Below the pieces are notes generated by a model. The model was not told where the DNA came from and made no database searches. It saw nothing but the letters and a program-made list of their open reading frames with translations. From positions 2,723 to 66,722 of the forward strand of contig CADACQ010000013.1 of the NCBI GenBank assembly GCA_902786465.1: a DNA stretch of 64,000 nucleotides, read 5' to 3'. Source of the DNA: an uncultured Eubacteriales bacterium (GTDB lineage: Bacteria; Bacillota; Clostridia; Christensenellales; CAG-138). This document shows positions 49,926 through 61,000 of the stretch, piece after piece (the stretch's first letter is position 1; every line of letters starts with the position of its first letter). The translations under genes were made by a program, and so were the position numbers.

Positions 49926-51344
49926 TCAATACCCGTATTCCCCGTGGACGATGGACCCGTCCACGGCGTTGAGGATCAGGGCCTCCTGCATGACCTGGGG
50001 GTTGTCTACTAGGTCCGCCTGGCCGTCGTTCCAGGTGAAAAATACCACCCAGCAGGGCATCTCGTAGTAGTCGTCACTGTCCTTCACCCGTACGGTACAG
50101 GTGGTGAGCAGCAGCCGGTAGATGGTGCAGGGGATGGGCTGGTCCAGCTTGGCCGTGCCCATGCCCGTCACCAGGGCGTTCTTGATCCGCATCTGGACCT
50201 GCTCGAAGGGCAGCAGCTCCACGTTTTCACTCTCCTGCGATACCACCTCCTTGGGGTTTAGGCAGCGAAGGGCCTGGAGGCCGTTTTCATCTATAAATAT
50301 CTCCAGCATCTCGTCGGGGATGGGACGGTTGTAAACGAGGGTGTCCTGGTCCCCGTAGAGCAGGGCCCGGGAGTCCATGAAGCTCACCGCGCTCAGGGGG
50401 TACCCGCCGTAGCTCCGTCGAACCTGGAACCCCCACCCGGCGGACTGGGGCCTCTGGCTGTCGTTGCGACCGATGACGCACAGGTTGGCTGGGGCTGCCC
50501 TTGACACGGTGAAGCCGGAAAGGCCCAGACGGTCCAGTTCTCGATGCAAGGCCTCTTCCGCCGCTTCCCGGCTCATCTTCACCGTCAAAAATGGTTTCAC
50601 CTCCCCCAGCTCCTTCTCCCGCTCATAGGTGTACTGGTAGTAGATGTATCCGGAGCCGCTGCAGCCCTTGAAGACGTCTATGCTGACAAAGCTGCTGTAT
50701 GCCATGGCCTCCACGGTGGCCTTGGAGCCGTCAGCGAGCTCATAGACCCGGGCGCCCTCGTTCAGCTTCAGACCGGAATAATCAGAAACGGGGGTGGTTG
50801 TGAGCTCGTCCGGGGCCTCGGCGATGAGCCGCTGATACTCCTTGGAGATGCGGTCGATCTCCTCTGCGCTCATCATAGCCTCATCCCGGTCCATCCCGTC
50901 CTGGGGCTTGCCCGCGGTCACCCAGGCCTGCTGCTCCGCCAGATCGTCCAGCCATTCCTGGTAGGACTGCTGCCAATCCACCTTGGTGTCCACGGGGATG
51001 GTCACGGAGGTGGGCGGCGGCAGCAGCTGTTCCACCAGCGCTACCACCTCCTCCTGAGTCACGGCGTGCTGCCGGGTACGGTACACGGGATAGAGCCCAT
51101 CTTCCTTCACGACCACCTCCGCCCGGACGGTCAAGGTCAGCCGATCGTTTACCGTCTCCGGCCCCTCGTCCCACCGATCCGGGAAGGTCTGCCGCCCCTC
51201 CCCCGCCGTTCCGTCCTGGACCGCCGCCAGCTTCTCCTCGACCACATCGTCCCCTTTGTTCACCACGAACTCTACCTCCGGTGTTGGCTGGCAGGCAGTG
51301 CATAACAGCAACGTTGATAGTATAAACATACATATCTTTTTCAT
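49926..51344 (-). CDS. CQPTP lipoprotein paralog 2 (DUF6034-like)
   Basis: CTAC-QPTPEVEFVVNKGD; C-terminal LLPFEQV...MPCW...LNAVDGS. Confidence 0.75.
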   Translation of the reverse strand: MKKICMFILSTLLLCTACQPTPEVEFVVNKGDDVVEEKLAAVQDGTAGEGRQTFPDRWDEGPETVNDRLTLTVRAEVVVKEDGLYPVYRTRQHAVTQEEVVALVEQLLPPPTSVTIPVDTKVDWQQSYQEWLDDLAEQQAWVTAGKPQDGMDRDEAMMSAEEIDRISKEYQRLIAEAPDELTTTPVSDYSGLKLNEGARVYELADGSKATVEAMAYSSFVSIDVFKGCSGSGYIYYQYTYEREKELGEVKPFLTVKMSREAAEEALHRELDRLGLSGFTVSRAAPANLCVIGRNDSQRPQSAGWGFQVRRSYGGYPLSAVSFMDSRALLYGDQDTLVYNRPIPDEMLEIFIDENGLQALRCLNPKEVVSQESENVELLPFEQVQMRIKNALVTGMGTAKLDQPIPCTIYRLLLTTCTVRVKDSDDYYEMPCWVVFFTWNDGQADLVDNPQVMQEALILNAVDGSIVHGEYGY

Positions 51345-51360
51345 TATATTCATTCTCCTC

Positions 51361-52710
51361 TCACTCCATATTTGCTGTGCCGATCAGCGTCCCGTCGGCG
51401 GCGTTGAAGATCAGCAGGGCGCCCTCCTTGGTTTTGTTGGAATAAGCGATTATATCTCCGGTGTCCAGGTCCGTGGAGAAGCCGCTGTCCGTGACCGTGC
51501 CCACCACCGCCCAGGCGGGAACCAGGAGCCAGCTCTGCTCATTTGGGGTCCGGATGCGCTTGTAGCCGAAGCGCAGCTCCTGTATATTCACTTGTCGACT
51601 GCGGATATTCTCGTTGGTCCAGCTCATCAGGAACCGAAGATCGTTCTGTACCAGAGCCTGCACCTCAGGGAAGGGCAATAGGGCGGTGTCCTCTGTCATC
51701 GGCCGCAACAGCTCGCTACGACCCACCCAGGAAAGGACGCAAAGCTTCTTTACCGCCTTGTCCATTGTCACCTCGAAACATTCCTCCGGCGCGAAGGTGG
51801 CCCAGTCGAACTCGTTCTCCTCCTCGCAGCCGGAGAGATACTCTATCCCGTCTACCAGCGGTCCGAAGATCAGGGTGATGGTGGCGGAGCTTTCGTATGC
51901 CTTCTGCAACCCATACCTGTTCCCATAGCCCAGGGCATCCAGCAGGGATCGGGCCCAAACTGTGGCTTCCTCTTTGCTGGACACGGTCATCTCTCCTATC
52001 CCTCCGCTCATGGCCCTCAGATGCACCTGCTCCCGCTGGCGGCCTGTACCGTCGAACACTAGCGTCATATCCGCCACCCGTCGGCCTTCCCGGTCGAAAA
52101 GGCCTAAATCCCCCTGGAAACCCTCCTCCTGCAGGGTGGACAGATCCTCGATGGGCTGGGGCGTCTCGTCGCTGGCTTCCTGATATTGGCGCATCAGCTC
52201 CTGGTTGGCTGCCTCCAGGTCCCGTAGATAGATATCCAGCTCCTTCTGGCTGGCGTCCGGCTGCAGCTCCCTGGCGTGGTCCATGCGCCATCTGTTCTGC
52301 TCCATCTCCGCCTGGATCCGATCCTTTGTCCACACGGCTGAGCCGAATTCGTCCACCGGGATTCTGGACAGGTACCCGCCTGGGACTAGCGCCTGTACCA
52401 GCTTTTCCACCGCGTCCAGGTCCACGCCGCCGGGCACGGTCTCCCATATGGGCACCCGATCCACCGCCGGGAAGGTGACGGGCCCGTTGGCCGTGACCGT
52501 CACAGCCCCGTTGCCCACGTCCAGCAGTTCTTCCCACCGTTCGGGCAGGCCGGTTTTATATGCCGCCGCGTCGAAGCCCTCTCCGTTCTCCCGAATCACC
52601 GCCTGCAGGGTATCGTCCCCCTTGTTGGGGATCACCTCCGCCTTAGGCGTAGGCTGGCAGGCAGTGAATAAAACCATAGTAAAAAGTATAATAATGCAGA
52701 TACGCATCAT
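51361..52710 (-). CDS. CQPTP lipoprotein paralog 1 (DUF6034-like)
   Basis: FTAC-QPTPKAEVIPNKGD; C-terminal LLPFPEV...LVPAW...FNAADGT; RBS AAGGAG. Confidence 0.75.
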   Translation of the reverse strand: MMRICIIILFTMVLFTACQPTPKAEVIPNKGDDTLQAVIRENGEGFDAAAYKTGLPERWEELLDVGNGAVTVTANGPVTFPAVDRVPIWETVPGGVDLDAVEKLVQALVPGGYLSRIPVDEFGSAVWTKDRIQAEMEQNRWRMDHARELQPDASQKELDIYLRDLEAANQELMRQYQEASDETPQPIEDLSTLQEEGFQGDLGLFDREGRRVADMTLVFDGTGRQREQVHLRAMSGGIGEMTVSSKEEATVWARSLLDALGYGNRYGLQKAYESSATITLIFGPLVDGIEYLSGCEEENEFDWATFAPEECFEVTMDKAVKKLCVLSWVGRSELLRPMTEDTALLPFPEVQALVQNDLRFLMSWTNENIRSRQVNIQELRFGYKRIRTPNEQSWLLVPAWAVVGTVTDSGFSTDLDTGDIIAYSNKTKEGALLIFNAADGTLIGTANME

Positions 52711-52819
52711 GGCATGCACTCCTTTCATCTTCAACATCCTACCAGGTATATTCGGACAAACCGCAACAAGGTTATGAACGAGACGTAATAGAGTTGTAAA
52801 ATCCTGGATAAAAGCAAAC

Positions 52820-52858
52820 CAAGAGGAGCGCGAACCATAATAGCTCGCGCTCCTCTTG
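52820..52858 (-). terminator. Terminator after the family-5 solute-binding protein gene
   Basis: CAAGAGGAGCGCGA...TCGCGCTCCTCTTG; T-rich run follows on the minus strand. Confidence 0.7.
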
Positions 52859-52896
52859 CAAATGGTGTGTCCCTTCTTGTAAAGGTACTGTTCGAT

Positions 52897-54975
52897 TTAT
52901 GAATTGGGTTTCAGATAGCTCTCCAGAATCGCCTGTGCCCAAGTCCCATGAGCTGTGATATCGTAGTTCTGCAACTCGGGTATATAGAAGTCATAGTAAG
53001 TATTCGAATACACAGGGATGGCCGGCAGAACTTTGTTGTACTGCTTCTGGAATGCGATCCACTTAGACAGATACGCATACACGTCACCCGGCTCCGTTTT
53101 GCGCATATCCACAGCCAAACGATAGAGCGTCTCGTCATTGGTATACATGGTATTCCACTGCTCATGATTCACGCTGGTATCGGTGCTGAGCAGGATCGCA
53201 GGATCATACACGGTGTTGAAATTGGTCGCCAGGAAGATCATTTCCGCCGTCCGTTCCGTCTGCCGATAATAGGCGGAAAGCAGATCCTGTCCAGATGTGG
53301 GCACCAAAGTCAGCTTGATGCCGCAAGCATTCAGGTTTTCCACCGCACTCGCCTGGATGACGTCACCGATCCGGCTTCCCTCCAGATACATCAGCTTCAG
53401 ATCCAGCGCCACCAATTCGCCATCCACCTTCTTGCAGCGCACTTCGTCCGTGCCTGCGCGATAGGATGTCCCATCTTGATTCAACGTCCAGCCTGCATTG
53501 TTCAGCAAGGCATTGGCTTTGTCCACATTCACCGCATACTCGGTAAGATCGTTCATGGACAAAGCGCGCCATCTGGTAAGTATCCGCATGTATTCCTGTT
53601 TGTCATGCGCATAGCGATTTGCAAATGCAGAGGAACCATCATCCGCTGCCGCAGGACCGTCTTCGCTGTCATATCCTTTCAGTATAGGATATCCGATCTT
53701 GCCTTCTACCATCAGATACTCCCACTGCTGCAATCCATAGAAGCCATCCATACGGACGCCGTAGGAGCCACAATACTCCGAAGTGATACGATCCCTGTCG
53801 ATGCACCATGCGATCGCCTGGCGAACCGCCTGCTCTCGCACCGCAGGCAGCTCATAGCTGAAGGTCAGGAAGGATAGGCCCACCCGTGGATAGGAGCTGT
53901 TTTTAATCTGTTCCGCTTTGCGCACGGAATCGATCACAGACCCATCGACTACCTTGTTCACAAGATGCAGCTCACCGTTCAACAGTTTGTCCTGAATATC
54001 CTCGTTCTTGACATAAGTATATCCGATCTTTTGGATGCTTGGTTTAACCAGGGTATGCTCGTTTCCGTTACCATCAACGATCGTCACCAGGTTTTCCCGA
54101 TCGAGATCAGCAGCAGAACGATCGCCCAGCCAAACGCCCTTGAAATAGGGGTTGAGCGCGAAATGGCAGGTAATGCCGTCATAACTGGTCAACACATAGG
54201 CGCCGCTGGTCACGGAAGGATGAGAATTATAACCTGTATCCGGATCCAGGATCGTCTTTTTCAGCAAATCAGCTGTAAAGCCGCTTTCTCCGATGCCGTC
54301 CTCGTTGCCAATATAGGCGCCCTCACCGTCATCAAAGACCTTGCAGCCGGGTGCGATCACCGAAATGGGATAGGGCAGGCAAAGGAGCAACCCTTCCTCA
54401 TAGTAATGAGGAAGATAGGCGCTGTCCAGCGTAATTGCTAATTCTTGATCGCTGATGACGCGCACCCCCCTCAGGGCCTTGCTCTCCCCCTTCAGGTATT
54501 CAGCATTTCCAAGAATATGCTCAGCCAGATAGATCTTGCCGCCGATCTCTTCGATTTCAGAGCTCATCTGCAGCAGCAGAGAAAAGGCGTAGTCCCACGC
54601 CGTGATCTTCGATCCGTCGGAGTAGCAAAGATCGTCCCACAGCTTGAACTGATAGGTCTTGTTCCCCTGAGCATCCATCTCCGTCGTGTAGGAGTAAACT
54701 ACGGAGGGATCCACCGCATACTCCCCTTGAGACTGATCCCAGTTTATCAGATTGTAGCCGTGTATCAATGCTCTCACATCAAGATCAGCGCTATTGGTAC
54801 CGAACATATCTGCAAAGAAGTCACCACGGGTAGGATTTGGATTGCCCACCATCAGTTCCTCGGGCTGAGATGCATCTGCCCTGGCGCTGGCTGGCATTCC
54901 GAAGAATGCCGCCAGCAGGAACATCAACGTGAACATCAAGGTCATCGTTCGCTTTATGCTGATGTATTTCATCAT
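52897..54975 (-). CDS. Orphan family-5 (OppA/DppA-like) solute-binding protein
   Basis: YQFKLWDDLCYSDGSKITAWDYAFS, SGAYVL, VRQAIAWCIDR, A..LL..AGW, LPAIPVY; cleavable signal without lipobox Cys; no permease genes adjacent. Confidence 0.8.
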   Translation of the reverse strand: MMKYISIKRTMTLMFTLMFLLAAFFGMPASARADASQPEELMVGNPNPTRGDFFADMFGTNSADLDVRALIHGYNLINWDQSQGEYAVDPSVVYSYTTEMDAQGNKTYQFKLWDDLCYSDGSKITAWDYAFSLLLQMSSEIEEIGGKIYLAEHILGNAEYLKGESKALRGVRVISDQELAITLDSAYLPHYYEEGLLLCLPYPISVIAPGCKVFDDGEGAYIGNEDGIGESGFTADLLKKTILDPDTGYNSHPSVTSGAYVLTSYDGITCHFALNPYFKGVWLGDRSAADLDRENLVTIVDGNGNEHTLVKPSIQKIGYTYVKNEDIQDKLLNGELHLVNKVVDGSVIDSVRKAEQIKNSSYPRVGLSFLTFSYELPAVREQAVRQAIAWCIDRDRITSEYCGSYGVRMDGFYGLQQWEYLMVEGKIGYPILKGYDSEDGPAAADDGSSAFANRYAHDKQEYMRILTRWRALSMNDLTEYAVNVDKANALLNNAGWTLNQDGTSYRAGTDEVRCKKVDGELVALDLKLMYLEGSRIGDVIQASAVENLNACGIKLTLVPTSGQDLLSAYYRQTERTAEMIFLATNFNTVYDPAILLSTDTSVNHEQWNTMYTNDETLYRLAVDMRKTEPGDVYAYLSKWIAFQKQYNKVLPAIPVYSNTYYDFYIPELQNYDITAHGTWAQAILESYLKPNS

Positions 54976-55002
54976 TTCGTACCTCCTCTTTTCCTACCCT
55001 GC

Positions 55003-58000
55003 TCACTCGAAGCATTCGCCGAACTGGCTGCCCAAATAGCCTGCTTGAGGTGCGTTCTTCTCAAGTTCAGCAAGGATAGTCAGCTTGCCGATTACAGTAG
55101 TGATCTTATAGTTCTTCGCCTTTGTGTTCTCGTTCAGCTTGTACGTAAAGCCATTGTTGCTTGTACCGACTTCTGTACGATAACCCGTCACGTTATAAGT
55201 CGCACCTTCACCATCTACGAAGCCATCACCGCTTACCGTAACGGTAGCTATGCGCAAAGGCGTACCGTCGTACCACTTGCTTCCTGTTGCACTAGTCAGT
55301 ATGATTTCACGCGGTGTCACCTTCAAATAGAAGCCATCCATTTGAGCTGTCTCGTATCCTACCTTCGTCGCACGGACGGAGAAGGTTGTATTGCCGACAT
55401 CCGTCAATTCAGGTGCAGTCGTGCTCCAGCTTGAACCGCCATCAGTACTATACTCGATGATCGCGTCATCGATATTCGACGTTGCCGTGACCGTATGAGC
55501 TTTGCCATCGTATTTCACCGATACACTTTCGCTGTCAACGGTCATGCCTTTCAGTAGTCCGACAGGATCTGTGACCGTGTCAGAATCCTCAACGGTCGGG
55601 TTCTTAGGATCAGGGCTCGTACCCTTCGCCGTCGCCTCGTTAACGACCTTGAGCGCTTCAACATCGGTATCGTTCACAACATGACTGTCGGTGTATACCT
55701 TGTCCTCACCAGGCGCCATAGATGCGATCGTCCACACGTTGCCTGTGAGTATATCCGTCACGGTAATGTTCGTGATCGTCAGATTGCCGTCGTTGGTCAC
55801 CGTGATCTTGTAGGCAATCATCTCACCCAGTACGTACTTGCCATCCTCGGCTGCGGCCGTCGATGTGGTCTCCTTCGTGATAGTGATATGGCCTTTTTGT
55901 TCAGCAGTCACTGTTGCACTTGCGCTTGCTTCTGCTGGGTTTTCGCCACGTACCGCCGTCGCGTTCGCCTTTACCACGTTCACAATCGAACCTGCGTCAA
56001 CGTCTGCCTGCGTCACTTCGTACGTGTACGTGAAGGTCGCTTCCTCATTGGGAGCCAAATCGAAGGTCTTGTCGCTCAGATCGGCGTGATCGTCTGCCAG
56101 ATTGCCGTCCTTCACGCTCACGTTGCCGCTGTTCGTTACTACAACCGTGTACGTGACCTTGTCGCCTACCTTCACGCCGCTCTCAGGAGACGCCGTCTTC
56201 TCGACCGTCAGCGCCGTGACCTCTGCATCGTCAGATGCCGTCACTTCATTATTCTTCGGATCCTTACCGGTTGCAGTCACTTCGTTCTCGATCTTGCCCG
56301 CATCCACGTCGGCCTGCGTCACCGTGTACTCGTAGGTGATCGTCTTCGTCCCGGCAGGCGCCAGATCGAACGCGGCCTCACTCAAGGTGACCAGCGTATC
56401 GCTCAGCGCAATGCCGCTCACCGTCACGTTGCCGCTGTTCGTTACCTCACCGTCACGTTGCCGCTGTTCGTTACGACCACCGTGTACGTGACCGTCTCGC
56501 CCACGCCCACACCGGAGGTAGGATCGGCGCTCTTCGTCACCGTCAGCGCCGCTGCGATCTCTTCGGTGTGGACCGTATCGCTGGCGGTATAGTTCTTGCC
56601 TTCCAGCTTTGCGGTGACCGTGTTCGTGAAGCTGCCCGCAGCCATATCGGCAGGGGTGATGACGTAGGTCGCCGTGGTGGTACGAGTCTCACCTGCAGGA
56701 ACATCTGTGAAGGTGGTATCCGCCAGCGTCACGCCCGTGATCTCAGTGAGGGTGATCGTCTTGGCTTCAGCATAGATATTCTTGACGGTGATGGTGAAGG
56801 TTACCGTCTCGCCTTCGGCGTAAGTCGCATCGTCCGCCTTGCCGTCGTTCTTGGTCACGATCAGGCTCGGATCGATATTCTCGTCCGTGACCGTCAGCGT
56901 GCCCGGCGTGTACGTGATGTTGTAGTTCGCCGTCACGTCGACGCCGTCACCGTTCTTGATGACCGCTACGCTCGGCGTGTTCGCACTGCTGCCCACCTCG
57001 GTCTGGCTGCCCGTTACCGTCACGTTATCAACTGTGTCAGTGCCCTGCAGACCAACAGGCGCTGTATCCTGCCATCCGTCATCCGTCAGCGCCGTGCCGT
57101 CATAGGGCTTGCTGGTGGAATCCGCCGTAATCGTCAGCGGCGCCTTCGTGATGGTCAACTTGCCGGCGATCGGAGTAATGGTCGTGTAGAACTCGGCAGT
57201 GATATCTTCCCCGTCGCGAGTGATGGTTATATCGGCATGCTCGAAGCTGCCGTTTTCGTAGGTGGCAACATTGGTGCCGGTAGCGGACACATAATCAGTG
57301 ATGATCAAAACGTCGCCCGCTGCAAGGCCTTCGATCGTATATTCATCCGTATCGATCGTATCGCCGGTACCAATGATGGGGTCGGTGAAGCCATAACCAT
57401 TTTGAGCGCTGCCATTGTAGACCTTAGAAGCGTCCTTGGCAGTGATCTTGATCGTCGCACCGGTGACCGTCAGGGTACCGAGATTATCGGTGATCGTGTA
57501 ATTGCTTGCCTTGGCAGTGTCCCACTCGATCGTATAGGTATTCTCGGTGCTGCCAGGGTCGGTGATCGTTCCGTTCGCCGTAGCCGTCGCCGTTTCGCCA
57601 TCAACCAGCCCTTCGATAGTCGCCTCGGAATTCGTCAGCGGCGTACCGTCGTATGCCTTGGTGTCGCTGGCCGTGGTGACCGTAACGGGCTTGGGCTTGA
57701 TCTCCAAGCGACCGGAACGGACAAACAGGCTGACGCTGTAGTTATCATTCTGCGGCAAGTCTGCCAGAGTGAAATCTATATAATAGGTATAATCGCCCGC
57801 ATCCGCATATGCGATCGCCACATAGCCCAGACCGACGGCGCTGTCATCATGGGTGACCTGTGAATAATTGGTTTCGCCCGAAACGTGAGCGCTGTTGACA
57901 GCAGCCCAAATAGTATTCAGATACTGCGCCTTGTAGCCGTCATGGCTGATCGCGACATAGTCCTCGATGCCCTTGCCGGTGTTGGTGAAACCGGTCTTCC

Positions 58001-61000
58001 TAACCGTACCGTCATAGACGTTGCCGGTCCAGCGGTCGGGCTCGATACGGACGTTGACGTTGATCTTGGTGACTTCGAGCGTGCCGCTGATATAGCGGAC
58101 CGTATAGTAGTTTTCGGTTGCGCCGGTAATGACGGCATCGTGCGGCGTGACCGTCGCGACGCCCGCATTCAAACGGCCCTTGGAATCGTTCGAATCCGCT
58201 TCAGTATAGGTATACTGGATCGAATTCAGCGAGTGACCGTCCAGCAGGCCCTCTACCGTGACCTGATCCGCCAGACTCTCAGGCAGAGTCAGCGCGGTGC
58301 CGTCATACTGCTTGCTTCGGGGCTCCACCGTGATGGTGAGCTTCTTCTGATAGAACAGTGTGAAGACCAGGCCGTCGCCTTCCGCGACTGCATCCGTGAT
58401 CTTATAATCCGTACCTGCAGCGGTTCCGCCGTAAGCAATGCCTTCGACCGCCTTGTTGAGCTCCCATCCGGCGATCGGCGTGCGCGCCAAAGTAAAGGTC
58501 TTGCCGACCTTCAGGTGCTGCACGTCCGCCGTGATACCGGGAATGGGATTGCCGTCCATGTCAACAAAGTTGACCGTAACGAGCGCGTTCTTGTAGCTCG
58601 AATAAATGAACGTATAGACGTTGTTCTCTTCGATCGCCGTCAGAACGAAGGTCTTTTCGGACGCATCCGGGAAGAACTCGATGCCGTCCAGTTCGGGATG
58701 CGCCGCGTAGAGCGTCGTATAATCGACCGCCTTTGCAAGCTCGATGACGGATGCCGTATCGCCGGGAACGTCATTGACCGTCTTTTCCTCCGCAACCGGG
58801 ATATCACCTGCGTACTCTTCCGGGTCGATGATGTATCTGACCTTATAGCTGGTCTTATCGCCCTTTACTCTGTAAACAAAGGTGATCTCGTTGCCTTCAA
58901 CCGCAAGCTCGATCGTCTGCGTATCGGTCTCCGGACGGTAGCCCGCGACTGCGATCGCGGATTCCGTGATGCTCTGACCGACCGTGAAGTTCGGGTTGGA
59001 GACTTCCTTGTCCGGCGCAACCGGATTACCGTCTTCATCCACATAGTGGACGACGTAGCTCAGCGTCGCGCGGGTCCAGTGCGCATAGACCGTGGTATTC
59101 GCCGTGATCTGCATGCCGAAGTCAAACAGATCATTGCCGTCCGCCGCGGTGTACCAACCGTCGAAGACGTAGCCCGCCTTGGTGGGTGTGCCGGGGTTCG
59201 TCGCCTTCTTGTACTTTTCGACCGTCTGATCCGCAAACAGATTCGTCGAAGTGGCTTCACCGTCTACAAAGCTGACCGTGAAGCTCGGCGCCGTCCACTT
59301 GGCATAGAGCACAAGGTTGCTCGCCGGCATCGTGGCAAAGGTATACTTTGCGGTCAGACCGGAATCGGAATACCAGCCGTCGAACGTATAGTCGTCGTCC
59401 ACGCCGCACTGCGCCGCGGTGGGCGTCCAGTCATACGTCGCCGTATTGATGTTGGCTCCGAATCTGACCGTTTTGCTGTTGTTCAGATCCCTGCTCAGGT
59501 AATAGTAATCGATAACGTACTGATACCGATCATAGTACAGATTCATGTAGGGATTCTTATGATTGCCCGTATACTCCCAGGTACCGTCCGGGGTGCTCAG
59601 GCTTTCGTTATAGATATAGCCGTTAATCGGGTCGTGTGAATATGTAGTAGCCCACTGCCGACCCGACCAGCCGTCAGCTACAAAGCTTTGGCTGTAAATT
59701 TCCGACAGAGTGTAGCCGTCATCATCCGCATTTTGCAGATAAATGTTGATCCTATATGTTGTGTCACCATCCGTCCATACACCAGTATAAGTGATGGTCG
59801 TGCCGCTTTCGGGAAGCAAGCCGGTGGTCAACCGATACTGCTTCAGGTCCTGATATACAGTAGTATCGGTCGGTTTCCGCCAACCGGCAAGTGTAACGTC
59901 ATAATAGTCGTAATAGTATGTTCCAGTCCCTGCGGAAGGCCACAGGTTGGTGATATTCTGTCCGATTTTCGCGGTAAACGAATAGTTCAGCAATCCCGTA
60001 CCGGAAACGTTTTTGCCGGTCAGCGTCGCATTAACATTATAACGACCAAAAGTACCTGCATTAAACTGGAAAGTGTACTCGACCAGTTTATAGTATACAT
60101 TCAATACGGAAGAGCCATCCGCCGCGATTTCCACGCTGGAGGTTGCGTTCTTTGCGGTATCCACTTCCCAACCGGCTCTGGTGATGGTCGGCGCGGAAGA
60201 CGCCTGCACCGTAGTGCCAACCGTACCGGTTGCATTTCTGGAATTATCATACACGTAGGAAGATTCTGTTCCGGTATCGTTATACTTCTCGAACATATAG
60301 ACGATCGTATAATCGACCGTATCGCCCGTCCACTTCGCATAGAGCGTAGTGTTGCCGTTGACGGTGACCGTGCTGCCCGCCGCTGTCGTCAAGGCTTCGT
60401 CCGTATACCATCCTGCGAAGGTGTAGCCGTCGCGGGTCGGGACGGTTTCGGTGACCGCCTGCTCGGTGCCATAAGGCACGGTGACGCCGCCGACGTAGGA
60501 ACCGCCGTTGGATTCGTAGGTCAACTGGAAGCTCTTGCGGGTATAGTAGACTTTCAGCTCCTGCTTCGGCTGACCGTTAATACCGGAGGTCTCGATGGTT
60601 GCGCCTTCCGCGCGCTCAAGCGTTGCGTATGTAAAGGTCTTGACCGTCGGAGTGACATAGCTGTTCAGAACGCCCTCTACGTAGCTCTCTCTGTCGATCT
60701 CGGTATAACCGTCGCCGGTGAGATCTTTCAGCATGTACACAAAGTCATAGACCGCCGTGTACGGAACGTACTTGACCCGGACCAGGCAATGCTTGTCGTT
60801 GTCGAAATCGGTTTCTTTGACTTCAACCGTCGGCGTTTCCGGATAGTAGATCGGTGCGCCGGTAACTTCGTTGGGATCCGTCTTCGTCGTGGAGGGCGCC
60901 GTGATCGTATACGGCAGCTCGCTGTGTTCTACCTGCAGAAGTTCGGTGCTGAAGATGACTTCACCGTTATTGCCGATATAGTAGTATTCCACCGTGATGT

